Of a stretch of 32,000 nucleotides of DNA, positions 20,718 through 29,251 are shown in pieces. Source of the DNA: Candidatus Electronema halotolerans. Lineage in GTDB: Bacteria; Desulfobacterota; Desulfobulbia; Desulfobulbales; Desulfobulbaceae. The notes under the pieces were generated by a model. That model was not told the origin of the DNA. It did not search any database and saw nothing but the letters and a program-made list of their open reading frames with translations. Each line of letters starts with the position of its first letter. The first letter of the stretch is position 1. The DNA is taken from positions 330,001 through 362,000 of the forward strand of contig OW818675.1 of NCBI GenBank assembly GCA_942493095.1. The letters run 5' to 3'. A program made the translations under genes and the position numbers.

Positions 20718-23696
20718 GTGAGTGAACAAAACAAGCCGTCCTACGGGGCGGATCAGATCAAGGTGCTTGACGGGCTTGAAGCCGTGCGCAAGCGTCCGTC
20801 CATGTATATCGGCAACACTTCGGAAGAAGGGCTGCATCACCTGATTTACGAGGTGGTGGACAACTCGATTGACGAGGCCTTGGCCGGATATTGCGACCGG
20901 ATCAGGGTGATCCTCTTGGAGGACGGCTCCTGCTTGGTTGAGGACAACGGGCGCGGCATTCCGATTGACAAGCATCCAACCGAGAACATGACCGCTTTGG
21001 AATTAGTCATGACCACTCTGCACGCGGGCGGCAAGTTTGATCACTCGTCCTACAAGGTTTCCGGCGGCCTGCACGGCGTGGGCGTGTCTGTGGTCAATGC
21101 CCTGTCAACCAAGGTGATTGCTGAGGTCTGGCGCAACGGCAAGGTCTATCGCCAGATGTATGGGTATGGGGACAAGACCAGCGAGCTGGAGGTGATCGGC
21201 ACGAGCGAGCACACCGGCACCCGCATCACCTTCACGCCAGACCCGGAGATATTTACCCAGACTGTCAGCTTCAAGTATGAGACTGTCCTCAACCGGCTCC
21301 GCGAGCTGGCCTTTCTCAACCGGGGCATTCACATCACCCTCAAGGACGAGCGCAGCGGGGCTGAGGATGTTTTTCATTATCAAGGTGGCATTGTTGAATA
21401 TGTCGAACATTTGAACCGCAACCGCACTGCTGTTCATCCCAAGCCTATTTTTATTGAAGGCGAGCGGGACCAGGTGCAGGTGGAAGTCTGTCTGCAATAT
21501 GTTGACAGCTACAGCGAACGGCTGGCCTCCTTTGTCAATAACATCAACACCCGCGAAGGCGGAACCCATCTGGCTGGTTTCCGGGCAGCCCTGACCAAGT
21601 GCATCAACAAGTATGCCACTGACGACATTGTCCCGAAAAATCTGAAAGAACGGATGGAAGGCGATGATGTCCGCGAAGGGCTGACCGCCATTGTTTCCGT
21701 GCGAGTGCCCAATCCTCAGTTTGAAGGCCAGACCAAGACCAAGCTGGGCAACTCAGAGGTCAAGTCGATTGTCGCCTCGGTCTGCAATGAGCAGCTTGGC
21801 GAATATTTGGAGCAGAACCCGCAGGTTGCCAAGCAGATTCTCAGTAAGGCCGTGGAAGCGGCGCGGGCGCGGGAGGCGGCCCGGCGGGCGCGGGACCTGT
21901 CGCGGAAAAAAGACGGCCTTTCCGTGATGATGGCGGGCAAATTGGCTGAATGCCAGTCGAAAAAACCGGAAGAACGCGAACTGTTCATTGTTGAGGGTGA
22001 TTCAGCAGGCGGCTGTTTTTCCGGGGCTACCAAAGTAGCCTTGGCTGATGGCCGCGCTCTGAGCTTCCTGGAGCTGATCGCCGAGCAGGCTCAAGGCAGG
22101 GATCACTGCTGCTACACAATCCGGGATGATGGCAGAATTGGACTGGAGCGAATCCTTCATCCCCGCCTGACTAAACGGCAGCAGGAAGTGCTGCGAGTAA
22201 CCTTGGATCATGGCGAGCAGATTGTCTGCACCCCGGATCACCGTTTCATGCTTCGGGACGGCAGCTATTGCCCGGCAGAACAGCTGGCCGAAGGCAGTTC
22301 GCTGATGCCGCTTTACCGCAAATTGTCCGACAAAGCCAGCCATTCAGGCAATGAGCTGGTCTGGGAGCCGGATGCGGGCCGCTGGCGTTTTCCGCATCTT
22401 TTTTCCGAGCAGCCGAGATGCCGGGCTGCGTGGGAAGATTTTGAGGAGGATGCGTCCTGCGCGGCTGACAATCATCATGTTGTCTCTGTGGAAAAGCTGG
22501 CCGAGCGCATGGATGTCTATGACATTGAAGTGCCCAACACCCACAATTTTGCCTTGGCTGGCGGTGTGTTTGTCCACAACAGCGCCAAGCAGGGCCGGGA
22601 CCGCTCTTTCCAAGCCATTCTGCCTTTGCGCGGCAAGATCATGAATGTGGAAAAGGCCCGTTTTGACAAAATCCTTGACTCTGAAGAGATCAAGCAACTT
22701 ATTGCCGCCCTTGGCACTGGCATTGGCCGGGAGGAGTTTGACCCAAGCAAGCTGCGCTATCATAAAGTCATTATCATGACAGACGCGGACGTGGATGGCG
22801 CGCATATCCGCACCTTGCTGCTGACCTTTTTCTACCGCCAGATGCTGCCGCTGATTGAGAACGGGCATATCTACATCGGCCAGCCGCCGCTCTACCGCTT
22901 GGGCCGGGGCAAAAAAGAGCAGTATTTCTTGAATGATGATGCCCTGAACAGTCATCTCTACGATCAGGCGGCCCAGTTTGTCCAAGTCCGGGTGGAGAGC
23001 GGCGGTGAAATTGTCGGGCAGGAATTAGTCAATCTTCTGAAGAAGCTGACTTTTTTTGAGCAGCTTAATGCGTTCTTGGAGCGGATGAATCTGCACGAAA
23101 CGCTTGTTCGTTTTCTGCTGGCCAATGATGTGCATTCAGCAGATCAGTTCAAGGACGAGCAGTTCCTGCGTGAGCTGCTGGCCAAGTTAGCCAGCCAAGG
23201 CGCGGCGGTCAGCGAAATCCGGCCCTGCTTCTCCCGGCCCGGCTGCTTTGAGGCGGATGCGGCCTTGCAGGGGCTGGGCCACAGCCGCACGGTCATTGGC
23301 CCGCATATTCCGCTGATTCCTGAATACCGCCTTGGTCTTGATCTTTATCCTGAAATTCAGGATTATGTCGGCATCAGCTTCAGCATCTGCAAGAGTGCCG
23401 CTTCCGGGCAGGAGCGGGATATTCCGGCCAAGAACTGGCGCGAGCTGATCCGGCTGGTGCGCGAGGAAACCTTCCGGGGCAGCCATTTGCAACGCTACAA
23501 GGGTTTGGGCGAGATGAACCCGGAGCAGCTCTGGGAAACCACCATGAACCCGGCCAACCGCACCCTGCTGCAAGTGAGGATTGAGGATGCCGAGGCAGCG
23601 GATGATCTGTTTGTCACCCTGATGGGCGACAAGGTGGAGCCACGGCGTGAGTTCATTCAGAATCACGCTTTGGAAGTTGCTGAGTTGGATGTGTGA
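20718..23696 (+). CDS. gyrB: DNA gyrase subunit B, interrupted by an in-frame mini-intein
   Basis: GHKL ATPase (VLDGLEAVRKRPSMYIG, EVVDNSIDEA, GLHGVGVS), Toprim (EGDSAGG/SAKQGRDR, IMTDADVDGAHI) and tail (GLGEMNPEQLWETTMNP). It is 992 aa versus about 803 aa after removal of residues 433-621. Confidence 0.95.
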   Translation: MSEQNKPSYGADQIKVLDGLEAVRKRPSMYIGNTSEEGLHHLIYEVVDNSIDEALAGYCDRIRVILLEDGSCLVEDNGRGIPIDKHPTENMTALELVMTTLHAGGKFDHSSYKVSGGLHGVGVSVVNALSTKVIAEVWRNGKVYRQMYGYGDKTSELEVIGTSEHTGTRITFTPDPEIFTQTVSFKYETVLNRLRELAFLNRGIHITLKDERSGAEDVFHYQGGIVEYVEHLNRNRTAVHPKPIFIEGERDQVQVEVCLQYVDSYSERLASFVNNINTREGGTHLAGFRAALTKCINKYATDDIVPKNLKERMEGDDVREGLTAIVSVRVPNPQFEGQTKTKLGNSEVKSIVASVCNEQLGEYLEQNPQVAKQILSKAVEAARAREAARRARDLSRKKDGLSVMMAGKLAECQSKKPEERELFIVEGDSAGGCFSGATKVALADGRALSFLELIAEQAQGRDHCCYTIRDDGRIGLERILHPRLTKRQQEVLRVTLDHGEQIVCTPDHRFMLRDGSYCPAEQLAEGSSLMPLYRKLSDKASHSGNELVWEPDAGRWRFPHLFSEQPRCRAAWEDFEEDASCAADNHHVVSVEKLAERMDVYDIEVPNTHNFALAGGVFVHNSAKQGRDRSFQAILPLRGKIMNVEKARFDKILDSEEIKQLIAALGTGIGREEFDPSKLRYHKVIIMTDADVDGAHIRTLLLTFFYRQMLPLIENGHIYIGQPPLYRLGRGKKEQYFLNDDALNSHLYDQAAQFVQVRVESGGEIVGQELVNLLKKLTFFEQLNAFLERMNLHETLVRFLLANDVHSADQFKDEQFLRELLAKLASQGAAVSEIRPCFSRPGCFEADAALQGLGHSRTVIGPHIPLIPEYRLGLDLYPEIQDYVGISFSICKSAASGQERDIPAKNWRELIRLVREETFRGSHLQRYKGLGEMNPEQLWETTMNPANRTLLQVRIEDAEAADDLFVTLMGDKVEPRREFIQNHALEVAELDV
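22014..22580 (+). other. GyrB mini-intein (189 aa, Hint domain only)
   Basis: It starts with Cys (CFSGATKVALADG), contains TPDHRF (block B) and ends VYDIEVPNTHNFALAGGVFVHN followed by Ser+1. Excision recreates EGDSAGG-SAKQGRDR. Confidence 0.85.
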
Positions 23697-23709
23697 AGGC
23701 ATTACACTT

Positions 23710-23730
23710 GGGGCAGTTTATAGCTGCCCC
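23710..23730 (+). terminator. Hairpin after gyrB (GGGGCAG-tttatag-CTGCCCC)
   Basis: A 7-bp GC stem lies 14 nt after the gyrB stop. The downstream region is T-rich but not a clean U-tract. Confidence 0.4.
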
Positions 23731-23757
23731 TGTAACTAATTTCTATTTTTGAACAAA

Positions 23758-24657
23758 ATGAAATTTTTCTTTGCAATATTTCCTATTTTTTTGATGCTCA
23801 TCGGAATTGCTGCGATGGTTGCAGTTATTTTAGGAATGAAATTCATTCTTCGCCGACAGAAGATACGTTCTCCGTTCACAGAAAAAATATTGAGAAATCC
23901 TGGCAGCTCAATATTGAAAAAAATAAACGAAGAAAGAGATGATTTTTTATCTTATGGAATCATGATCATGCTGGTTCCTGTTTTAATTTACTCCATTCAT
24001 CTGTCGCAGTCATACTTTGGAGGAGTAAAAGAGAATATTTTCAGAACAGTATTCTTTATACTTCAGATTGTCCTTGTTATCTCTGTGCTTGCAGTATTGC
24101 TTGTCAAAAGGATAAAGAACATCAAAAAGTTGCGTCTCCGTTATTATGGCGAATTAGCAACAGGCCAATATCTTCAGCAGCTTGTGCGCGGCGGATATCA
24201 CGTTTTCCACGATTTTCCTGCGGATACGTTCAACATTGACCATATCGCAGTCGGTCCCGGCGGCGTGTTTGCTATTGAAACTAAAGCGCGGAGCAAGCCT
24301 GTGCTGAAAAATGGCAGCGGGCGTGATGAGGCCAAGGTGATTTATGACGGCAAGGAACTCAAATTCCCGACATGGACAGAGACAGAGCCGTTGGCGCAGG
24401 CCGAGCGACAGGCAAAATGGCTGGCTGATTTTCTGACCAAAACAGTTGGCGAGCCGGTCACAGTGCAGCCGATGCTTGCTCTGCCGGGCTGGTTTGTGAA
24501 CAGAACGACACAGCAGGGGATGCTGGTTGTCAACCCGAAGAGTCTTTCCTTTCTGCTGAAAAACAAGCTGCTTTCAGAGAAGATGATCAACGCTGTCGCG
24601 CATCAGATTGAACAGCGGTGCCGCGATATTGATCTAAGCGGAAGAGGACAAAAATAA
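23758..24657 (+). CDS. Membrane-anchored NERD (nuclease-related domain) protein
   Basis: About 120 aa with 3-4 TM helices are followed by NERD motifs (GELATGQYLQQL...GYHVFHDFP...FNIDHIAVGPGGVFAIETKA). The gene is AT-rich. The start could be ATG 23758 or TTG 23749. Confidence 0.75.
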   Translation: MKFFFAIFPIFLMLIGIAAMVAVILGMKFILRRQKIRSPFTEKILRNPGSSILKKINEERDDFLSYGIMIMLVPVLIYSIHLSQSYFGGVKENIFRTVFFILQIVLVISVLAVLLVKRIKNIKKLRLRYYGELATGQYLQQLVRGGYHVFHDFPADTFNIDHIAVGPGGVFAIETKARSKPVLKNGSGRDEAKVIYDGKELKFPTWTETEPLAQAERQAKWLADFLTKTVGEPVTVQPMLALPGWFVNRTTQQGMLVVNPKSLSFLLKNKLLSEKMINAVAHQIEQRCRDIDLSGRGQK

Positions 24658-24686
24658 CGATTTATGGGAACAACAGGCTTGGAGCC

Positions 24687-24725
24687 GATGATGGTGAACT
24701 GTAAGTGATCAATTAAACAAAAGAT
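24687..24725 (-). mobile_element. Solo IS1 right-end fragment (39 nt)
   Basis: 37/39 identical to the reverse complement of 16023-16061 (IRR plus the last transposase codons). The similarity stops abruptly at 24726. Confidence 0.7.
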
Positions 24726-25071
24726 GTCAAGACTATGATGATTGCATTCCGACTTTTTAAACCAGTCAGGATGAGTTTTCCTCCACTTACTGAGAGCCTC
24801 CATCGGTGTGACATATCAATATCCTGATCAGGGCTTCTTCAAGCTGACTGGCTGATTCAAAGCGAGTATGCTGAATAATTTTTTTGATTCTGCCGTTGAA
24901 GCGTTCAGTCATGCCGTTTGTCTTCGGTTTTCGCGGTTTGATCAGGCGATGCTCAATCCTGTGTTCCGCACATTCCTTATCGAAGATATGTTTTCCAGTC
25001 AGCTCCCGCTCTCCCGACGGACAAAAACGGTCAGTAAACTCCTTGCCGGTGGCCTGTGAGAATCTTTGCAA
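24726..25071 (-). pseudogene. IS481/IS3-type (rve integrase-core) transposase remnant, N-terminally truncated and frameshifted
   Basis: ...GKEFTDRF...FDKECAEHRIEHRLIKPRKPKTNGMTERFNGRIK...SASQLEEALIRIL, then a stop. The C-terminal YVTPMEALSKWRKTHPDWFKK continues in another frame. No N-terminal half is present. Confidence 0.65.
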
Positions 25072-25099
25072 TGAAAAAAGAGATATTTCAATGCTCAGT

Positions 25100-26380
25100 T
25101 CAGCGCAGGGCAGGATTGAAATAGCCGAACTTGAGCTGGGGAAATTGCTCCTTCAGCAGCTCAAGCCAGCGGCGGATGCCCAAGGCGGGTTTGTCTGGCG
25201 CATGGCCAACCACCTTGAGATATTGCTCTGGGTCCATGTTCAGATTGCGGAGCTGAATCAGGTCTGGCGGGCAGGCTGCGATCAGCTCGCAGAGAGCCTC
25301 GTATTCGTCCGGGTCATCAGTGAAGCCGGGCAGGACAAAATAGTTGAAAGAGACATGGCGGCCATGCCCTTTCATCACTTCGATGCTCTGCCGCACTTCG
25401 GCAAAGGAAAAATTCTTGGGCCGGTAATAAAGGCGGTGCATGTCCGGGCGGGCTGAGTTCATCGAGACCCGGATCGAGTCCAGCCCGGCCTGTGCCAGCC
25501 GCTCAACCACATCTGGCAGGCTGGCGTTGCTGTTGAGATTGATCGTGCCCTTGTCTGTCTGCGCCCGCATCTGGCGGATCGAGGACTCCAAGGTTTGGCC
25601 TTGCAGCAGCGGCTCGCCCTCGCAGCCTTGGCCAAAGCTGACCACGGCCTTGGCTGCTGTCCGCAGATGCGGCACCGCGATTTCCAGCAATTCGCTGGCT
25701 GAAGGAACAAAGTGGATGCGATCCTGAGTGGAAGGACAGCATCCAGAAGGCTGCTGAGAAATGCAGCCTGCGCAGCCCGCGTTGCAACAGGGCGAAGTTG
25801 GCAGCGGGGCTTCCCAGCGGCCAAGAAAGTAGTTGCGGGCCGCCGGACAGGCGTAGGTCAGGCAGCACTTGCCCAGATGCTGAATGAGCCGGTTGTGGGG
25901 ATATTTTTTCAGCTTGGCAGCGGTCTCCTTGTCGATGCGCTGCTGATTGAAGCCCTTGGGGTCTTGGCGGATGTCGCGGTCGCTGCGGAAGGCGGCTGTC
26001 ACAAAACGGCCATCCTGCCAGCCTACCGCAGTGTAGGCGAACAGGGGCAGGAGCGGGGCATTTTCCTGAGTCTGATAGGCAGCCGTGTATATCGCGGTGT
26101 GCGCCGGAGCCATGAAGGCGGCGACAGCGGAGATGTTTGGATTGCCATTATACGGGTTCTCGGTCAACAGGGCAGGCTCGCCGCTGTCCAGCTCAATGCC
26201 GACCGGCAGCCTGCCTGGCAGGACAAACAGCTCGCTGCCCTCTGGCAGGGGAATCAGGTCTTCCGGCGCAGGCTGATGAAACGCGTCCGCGCTGCTGCCT
26301 GCCATTGCCAAGCCCTCATAATCAAGTATCTCGCCGTTCCGGTTGGCAAAGACCAACGAGGGCGGTCTGCGGCGGCCCAT
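25100..26380 (-). CDS. Radical SAM protein with a roughly 190-aa N-terminal domain of unknown function
   Basis: CNAGCAGC (CxxxCxxC) cluster motif, SFGQGCEGEPLL and a TIM-barrel-like remainder. The start overlaps the upstream stop (TGATG). Confidence 0.8.
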   Translation of the reverse strand: MGRRRPPSLVFANRNGEILDYEGLAMAGSSADAFHQPAPEDLIPLPEGSELFVLPGRLPVGIELDSGEPALLTENPYNGNPNISAVAAFMAPAHTAIYTAAYQTQENAPLLPLFAYTAVGWQDGRFVTAAFRSDRDIRQDPKGFNQQRIDKETAAKLKKYPHNRLIQHLGKCCLTYACPAARNYFLGRWEAPLPTSPCCNAGCAGCISQQPSGCCPSTQDRIHFVPSASELLEIAVPHLRTAAKAVVSFGQGCEGEPLLQGQTLESSIRQMRAQTDKGTINLNSNASLPDVVERLAQAGLDSIRVSMNSARPDMHRLYYRPKNFSFAEVRQSIEVMKGHGRHVSFNYFVLPGFTDDPDEYEALCELIAACPPDLIQLRNLNMDPEQYLKVVGHAPDKPALGIRRWLELLKEQFPQLKFGYFNPALR

Positions 26381-26820
26381 CAGTCAGCCTGCCGTCCCGC
26401 ACTGGGCCGAAGCTTGGAAAGCACTGCATCCACCGCATTATAGATGGCCGCATCATCGCCGAACACATCCTGAATCTTGGGATGATCAATCAAATCATCA
26501 ATGATGTAGGCAGTCAGATAAAGACTGAGAATGTTCGGATTGGGCACCAGACTGCGGATGTCGGCGATCTTGAGGCGGATTTCAAACTCCTCCATGTCCG
26601 CAGGCTCGCGCAGCTGCCGCTCAAAGCCTTCCTGCACCGCCTGTAGGTCATTGGTTTCAATGATATGCTCGTCAATGAGCCGCTGCACCACCCTGACAGC
26701 CAGCTCCGGGGCGTTGTCTCTGGCCTTGCTGAGGATGAAGCGGCGCTCGCGCTCCCGTTTGCGGTCGAGCGCGTCAATGGCTTTGTTGGTTGAGCCGCTG
26801 GGATTGATATGGCGGGCCAT
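26380..26820 (-). CDS. Hypothetical protein (146 aa, helical/charged)
   Basis: AGGAGA RBS is present. It lies 36 nt downstream of glgP and overlaps the radical SAM start. No motif was recognised with confidence. Confidence 0.6.
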   Translation of the reverse strand: MARHINPSGSTNKAIDALDRKRERERRFILSKARDNAPELAVRVVQRLIDEHIIETNDLQAVQEGFERQLREPADMEEFEIRLKIADIRSLVPNPNILSLYLTAYIIDDLIDHPKIQDVFGDDAAIYNAVDAVLSKLRPSAGRQAD

Positions 26821-26856
26821 GCTGTTCTCCTGTCAATGTTGTTCCTGCGCCTCAGT

Positions 26857-29055
26857 TCAGTCGCAGGAGTCGCTTTTGTAGAGCTTGGCAAAGCCGAGGA
26901 CGCGGGCGGCAGTCTCCGGGTCAAGCTGCATGTCATATTTGCGGACGTATTCCGCCGCCATCCGATGGGTGTTGAAAATGGGCACATTGAGCCGCAGGTT
27001 GTTCACCGCAAACTGGAGATACTCATCCGGGCGGCTGTGGAACAGCTCCAGCACCTTGGGCAGCAGCCTGTAAAAAGACTGTGAATCCTCGACATAGAGC
27101 AAGGTTTCCGGGGCCTCGCTCAGGCTGTCCGCTTTGATCGGCCCTTCGTAGCCGAATTTCCAGCCGGTCTGGCCTTCATGATACCCTTCCACCCACCAGC
27201 CGTCCATCACGCTCAGATTGGGCACCCCGTTCATGGCCGCTTTCATGCCGCTGGTGCCGGAGGCCTCCAAGGGCCGCTTGGGGCTGTTGAGCCATGTATG
27301 CACCCCTGCCACCATGAGCCGGGCCAATTTCATGTCATAGCCGGGAATGAAAATCAGCCGGGCCAAGCCCTTGCTGCGCTGATACAGTTCCTCCTGATTG
27401 TCAAGGATCAGCTTGAGCACGGATTTGCCTGGCTCGTCCGCAGGATGGGCCTTGCCGGCAAAGAGGAAGTTGATCCGCCAACCGCCTTGCAGCAGAATGT
27501 CAGCCAAGGTGCCGAGATTATCAAAGATCAGGTCGGCCCGTTTGTAAGTGGAAAAACGGCGGGCAAAGCCGATGGTGAACACGCCCGGACTGAGGCGGCT
27601 GCCTTCTCCTGCCGGAAGATGGGAAAGATAGTTGGGCGGATCAATCCATGTTTCCTCCATTCTGGTCCGATGATCAGAGAGCATCTGGTTGACATAGCGG
27701 ATAAGCTGCCGGTTGTCTTCCTCCCAAGCAGCGCGGAACTGCTGGCGAAAAACCGGATCATCCCCGAACTGCGCTTCTCCGAAGATGCCTGGATCGTCGC
27801 GCCAGCCGTCCAGCTCGGCAGTTTCGTCAAAAACTTTAGTTCGCGCCTCGCTGATCCAAGTCAGATGATGCACCCCGTTGGTCACGGCCCGGATTTTATC
27901 GGCAAACTCTGGGAACTGCTTCCGGGTCACGTCCCGGTGCAGACGGCTGACGCTGTTCACAGCCCGGTTGACCCGCATGGCAAAGGCGGTGAAATTATAC
28001 TCATAAGGCGAGTCCGGGTCATTGGCCAAGAGATCAAGGATGCGGCTGTTGGTGCCATGACTGATACCGGTGTAGAGCGAGCGGGCAAAGCGGTCATGTC
28101 CGGCCTTGACCGGCGTGTGAATGGTATAGACAATGCGCTTGGCCGCTTCGTGCGCAGCCTCAAGAATGTCGTGGTCGCTCATCCGTTGCTGCCAGTCCGC
28201 GCCCAGCCGTTCCGCCAGCAGGCGAAGAATAATATGCAGGCTGACGGTCACGCCGTGCTGTTCATTGAGATGAATGGTTTTGGGCTGGAAGCCGAGCCGT
28301 TCAGTCAGCGGCAGGATGCCGGCTCCCAGCATGCGCCGCTGATTGGCCTTCATGACCGGAGACTTGGCGTTGTAGAGACGCAGCCCGGCCTCCCGCACCC
28401 AAGCAGGCGAAGAGGGAATGGAGTAGTCAAGAAGAAATTCCGGGATAAAATAATCCAGCTCCTCGCTGATCTCCATTTTCATCCAGACATGCGCTTTCGC
28501 TTCAATAGGATGATCGTATTCGTTAAAAAAGGGCACGGTCAGTTCCAAAGGCTGGCCGGGCTGGTCCGGGTCTTGGAGTTGAAACAAAGTCGGCGTGGCC
28601 TCTGGAGTCCAGCGCGTCGCTTGGTCGATCTGGCCGAGTCTGGAATCAACAAGCTGAGAAAAATACCCCTCCCGGTAGAGCAGGGAGACCGCGAAAACGG
28701 GAACATGCAAATCGGCAAAACTCTTGAGCGTGTCCCCGGCCAGCACACCCAGTCCGCCGCTGTAGTTGGGAATCTTGCGGGGGCCGTGCAGATACCGCTT
28801 CAGCAGCCTGAGCAGTTCCGGGGTTTCGCTCTTGGTCTCGGCCTGCTCCTTGAGAAAGTCCAGCACTGGATGAAAAAGATCAGGATCCGCGCCTATCTCC
28901 ATGGAGATGTACACAACCGCACCCTGTTTCGGGCTGCTGAGAGCCTGCCAGACCTGGTCGAAGACCGGCTGGGGCACCCCGAAAAATTTGCCGAAACGGC
29001 TTGTGCAGATCAGTTCCTCTGCGCTGTCAACGCTGACTGTTTTCTTAGGAATCAC
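26857..29055 (-). CDS. glgP: Alpha-glucan phosphorylase (GT35, GlgP/maltodextrin phosphorylase family)
   Basis: PNYSGGLGVLAGDTLKS and EASGTSGMKAAMNGVPNLSVMDGWW (PLP-Lys motif). The protein is 732 aa with a GTG start preceded by AGAGGA. Confidence 0.9.
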   Translation of the reverse strand: MIPKKTVSVDSAEELICTSRFGKFFGVPQPVFDQVWQALSSPKQGAVVYISMEIGADPDLFHPVLDFLKEQAETKSETPELLRLLKRYLHGPRKIPNYSGGLGVLAGDTLKSFADLHVPVFAVSLLYREGYFSQLVDSRLGQIDQATRWTPEATPTLFQLQDPDQPGQPLELTVPFFNEYDHPIEAKAHVWMKMEISEELDYFIPEFLLDYSIPSSPAWVREAGLRLYNAKSPVMKANQRRMLGAGILPLTERLGFQPKTIHLNEQHGVTVSLHIILRLLAERLGADWQQRMSDHDILEAAHEAAKRIVYTIHTPVKAGHDRFARSLYTGISHGTNSRILDLLANDPDSPYEYNFTAFAMRVNRAVNSVSRLHRDVTRKQFPEFADKIRAVTNGVHHLTWISEARTKVFDETAELDGWRDDPGIFGEAQFGDDPVFRQQFRAAWEEDNRQLIRYVNQMLSDHRTRMEETWIDPPNYLSHLPAGEGSRLSPGVFTIGFARRFSTYKRADLIFDNLGTLADILLQGGWRINFLFAGKAHPADEPGKSVLKLILDNQEELYQRSKGLARLIFIPGYDMKLARLMVAGVHTWLNSPKRPLEASGTSGMKAAMNGVPNLSVMDGWWVEGYHEGQTGWKFGYEGPIKADSLSEAPETLLYVEDSQSFYRLLPKVLELFHSRPDEYLQFAVNNLRLNVPIFNTHRMAAEYVRKYDMQLDPETAARVLGFAKLYKSDSCD

Positions 29056-29183
29056 CTTTGTCCTCTTTTTCTGTTTGAAAGACCATCCGTTCTCTGCCGC
29101 AGGCCGCGCCTGTTCCTCATCTTTTTTAAAGTAGATGGGCGGCTCCGGTTTTGCAAGCGAATTTCTTTTTTAATAAAAAAATA

Positions 29184-29211
29184 TTGAATTTCTACCCTGT
29201 TCTGGTATGAT
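29184..29211 (+). promoter_or_regulatory. Promoter TTGAAT-N16-TGgTATGAT (extended -10) for pal
   Basis: -35 at 29184-29189 and -10 at 29206-29211. This argues against the track start at 29207. Confidence 0.4.
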
Positions 29212-29251
29212 GAATCAGCTTGGCACCGAAAAAACTCCCACCTGGACAACA

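Noticed and set aside
27178-29187. 669-aa plus-strand ORF entirely antisense to glgP
   Set aside because: It is a shadow ORF in the codon-complementary frame of a well-supported gene. Its low-complexity Arg/Gly/Pro/His-rich translation has no motifs, RBS or promoter. It is explained by rarity of TTA/CTA/TCA codons in the sense gene.
29207-29251. Track starts for pal (29207) and skp (29871)
   Set aside because: 29207 lies inside the predicted -10 element. 29871 lies inside the pal terminator, and its translation (MRKSLPFFSLCCSF...) lacks signal-peptide logic. Internal starts with better context were chosen.
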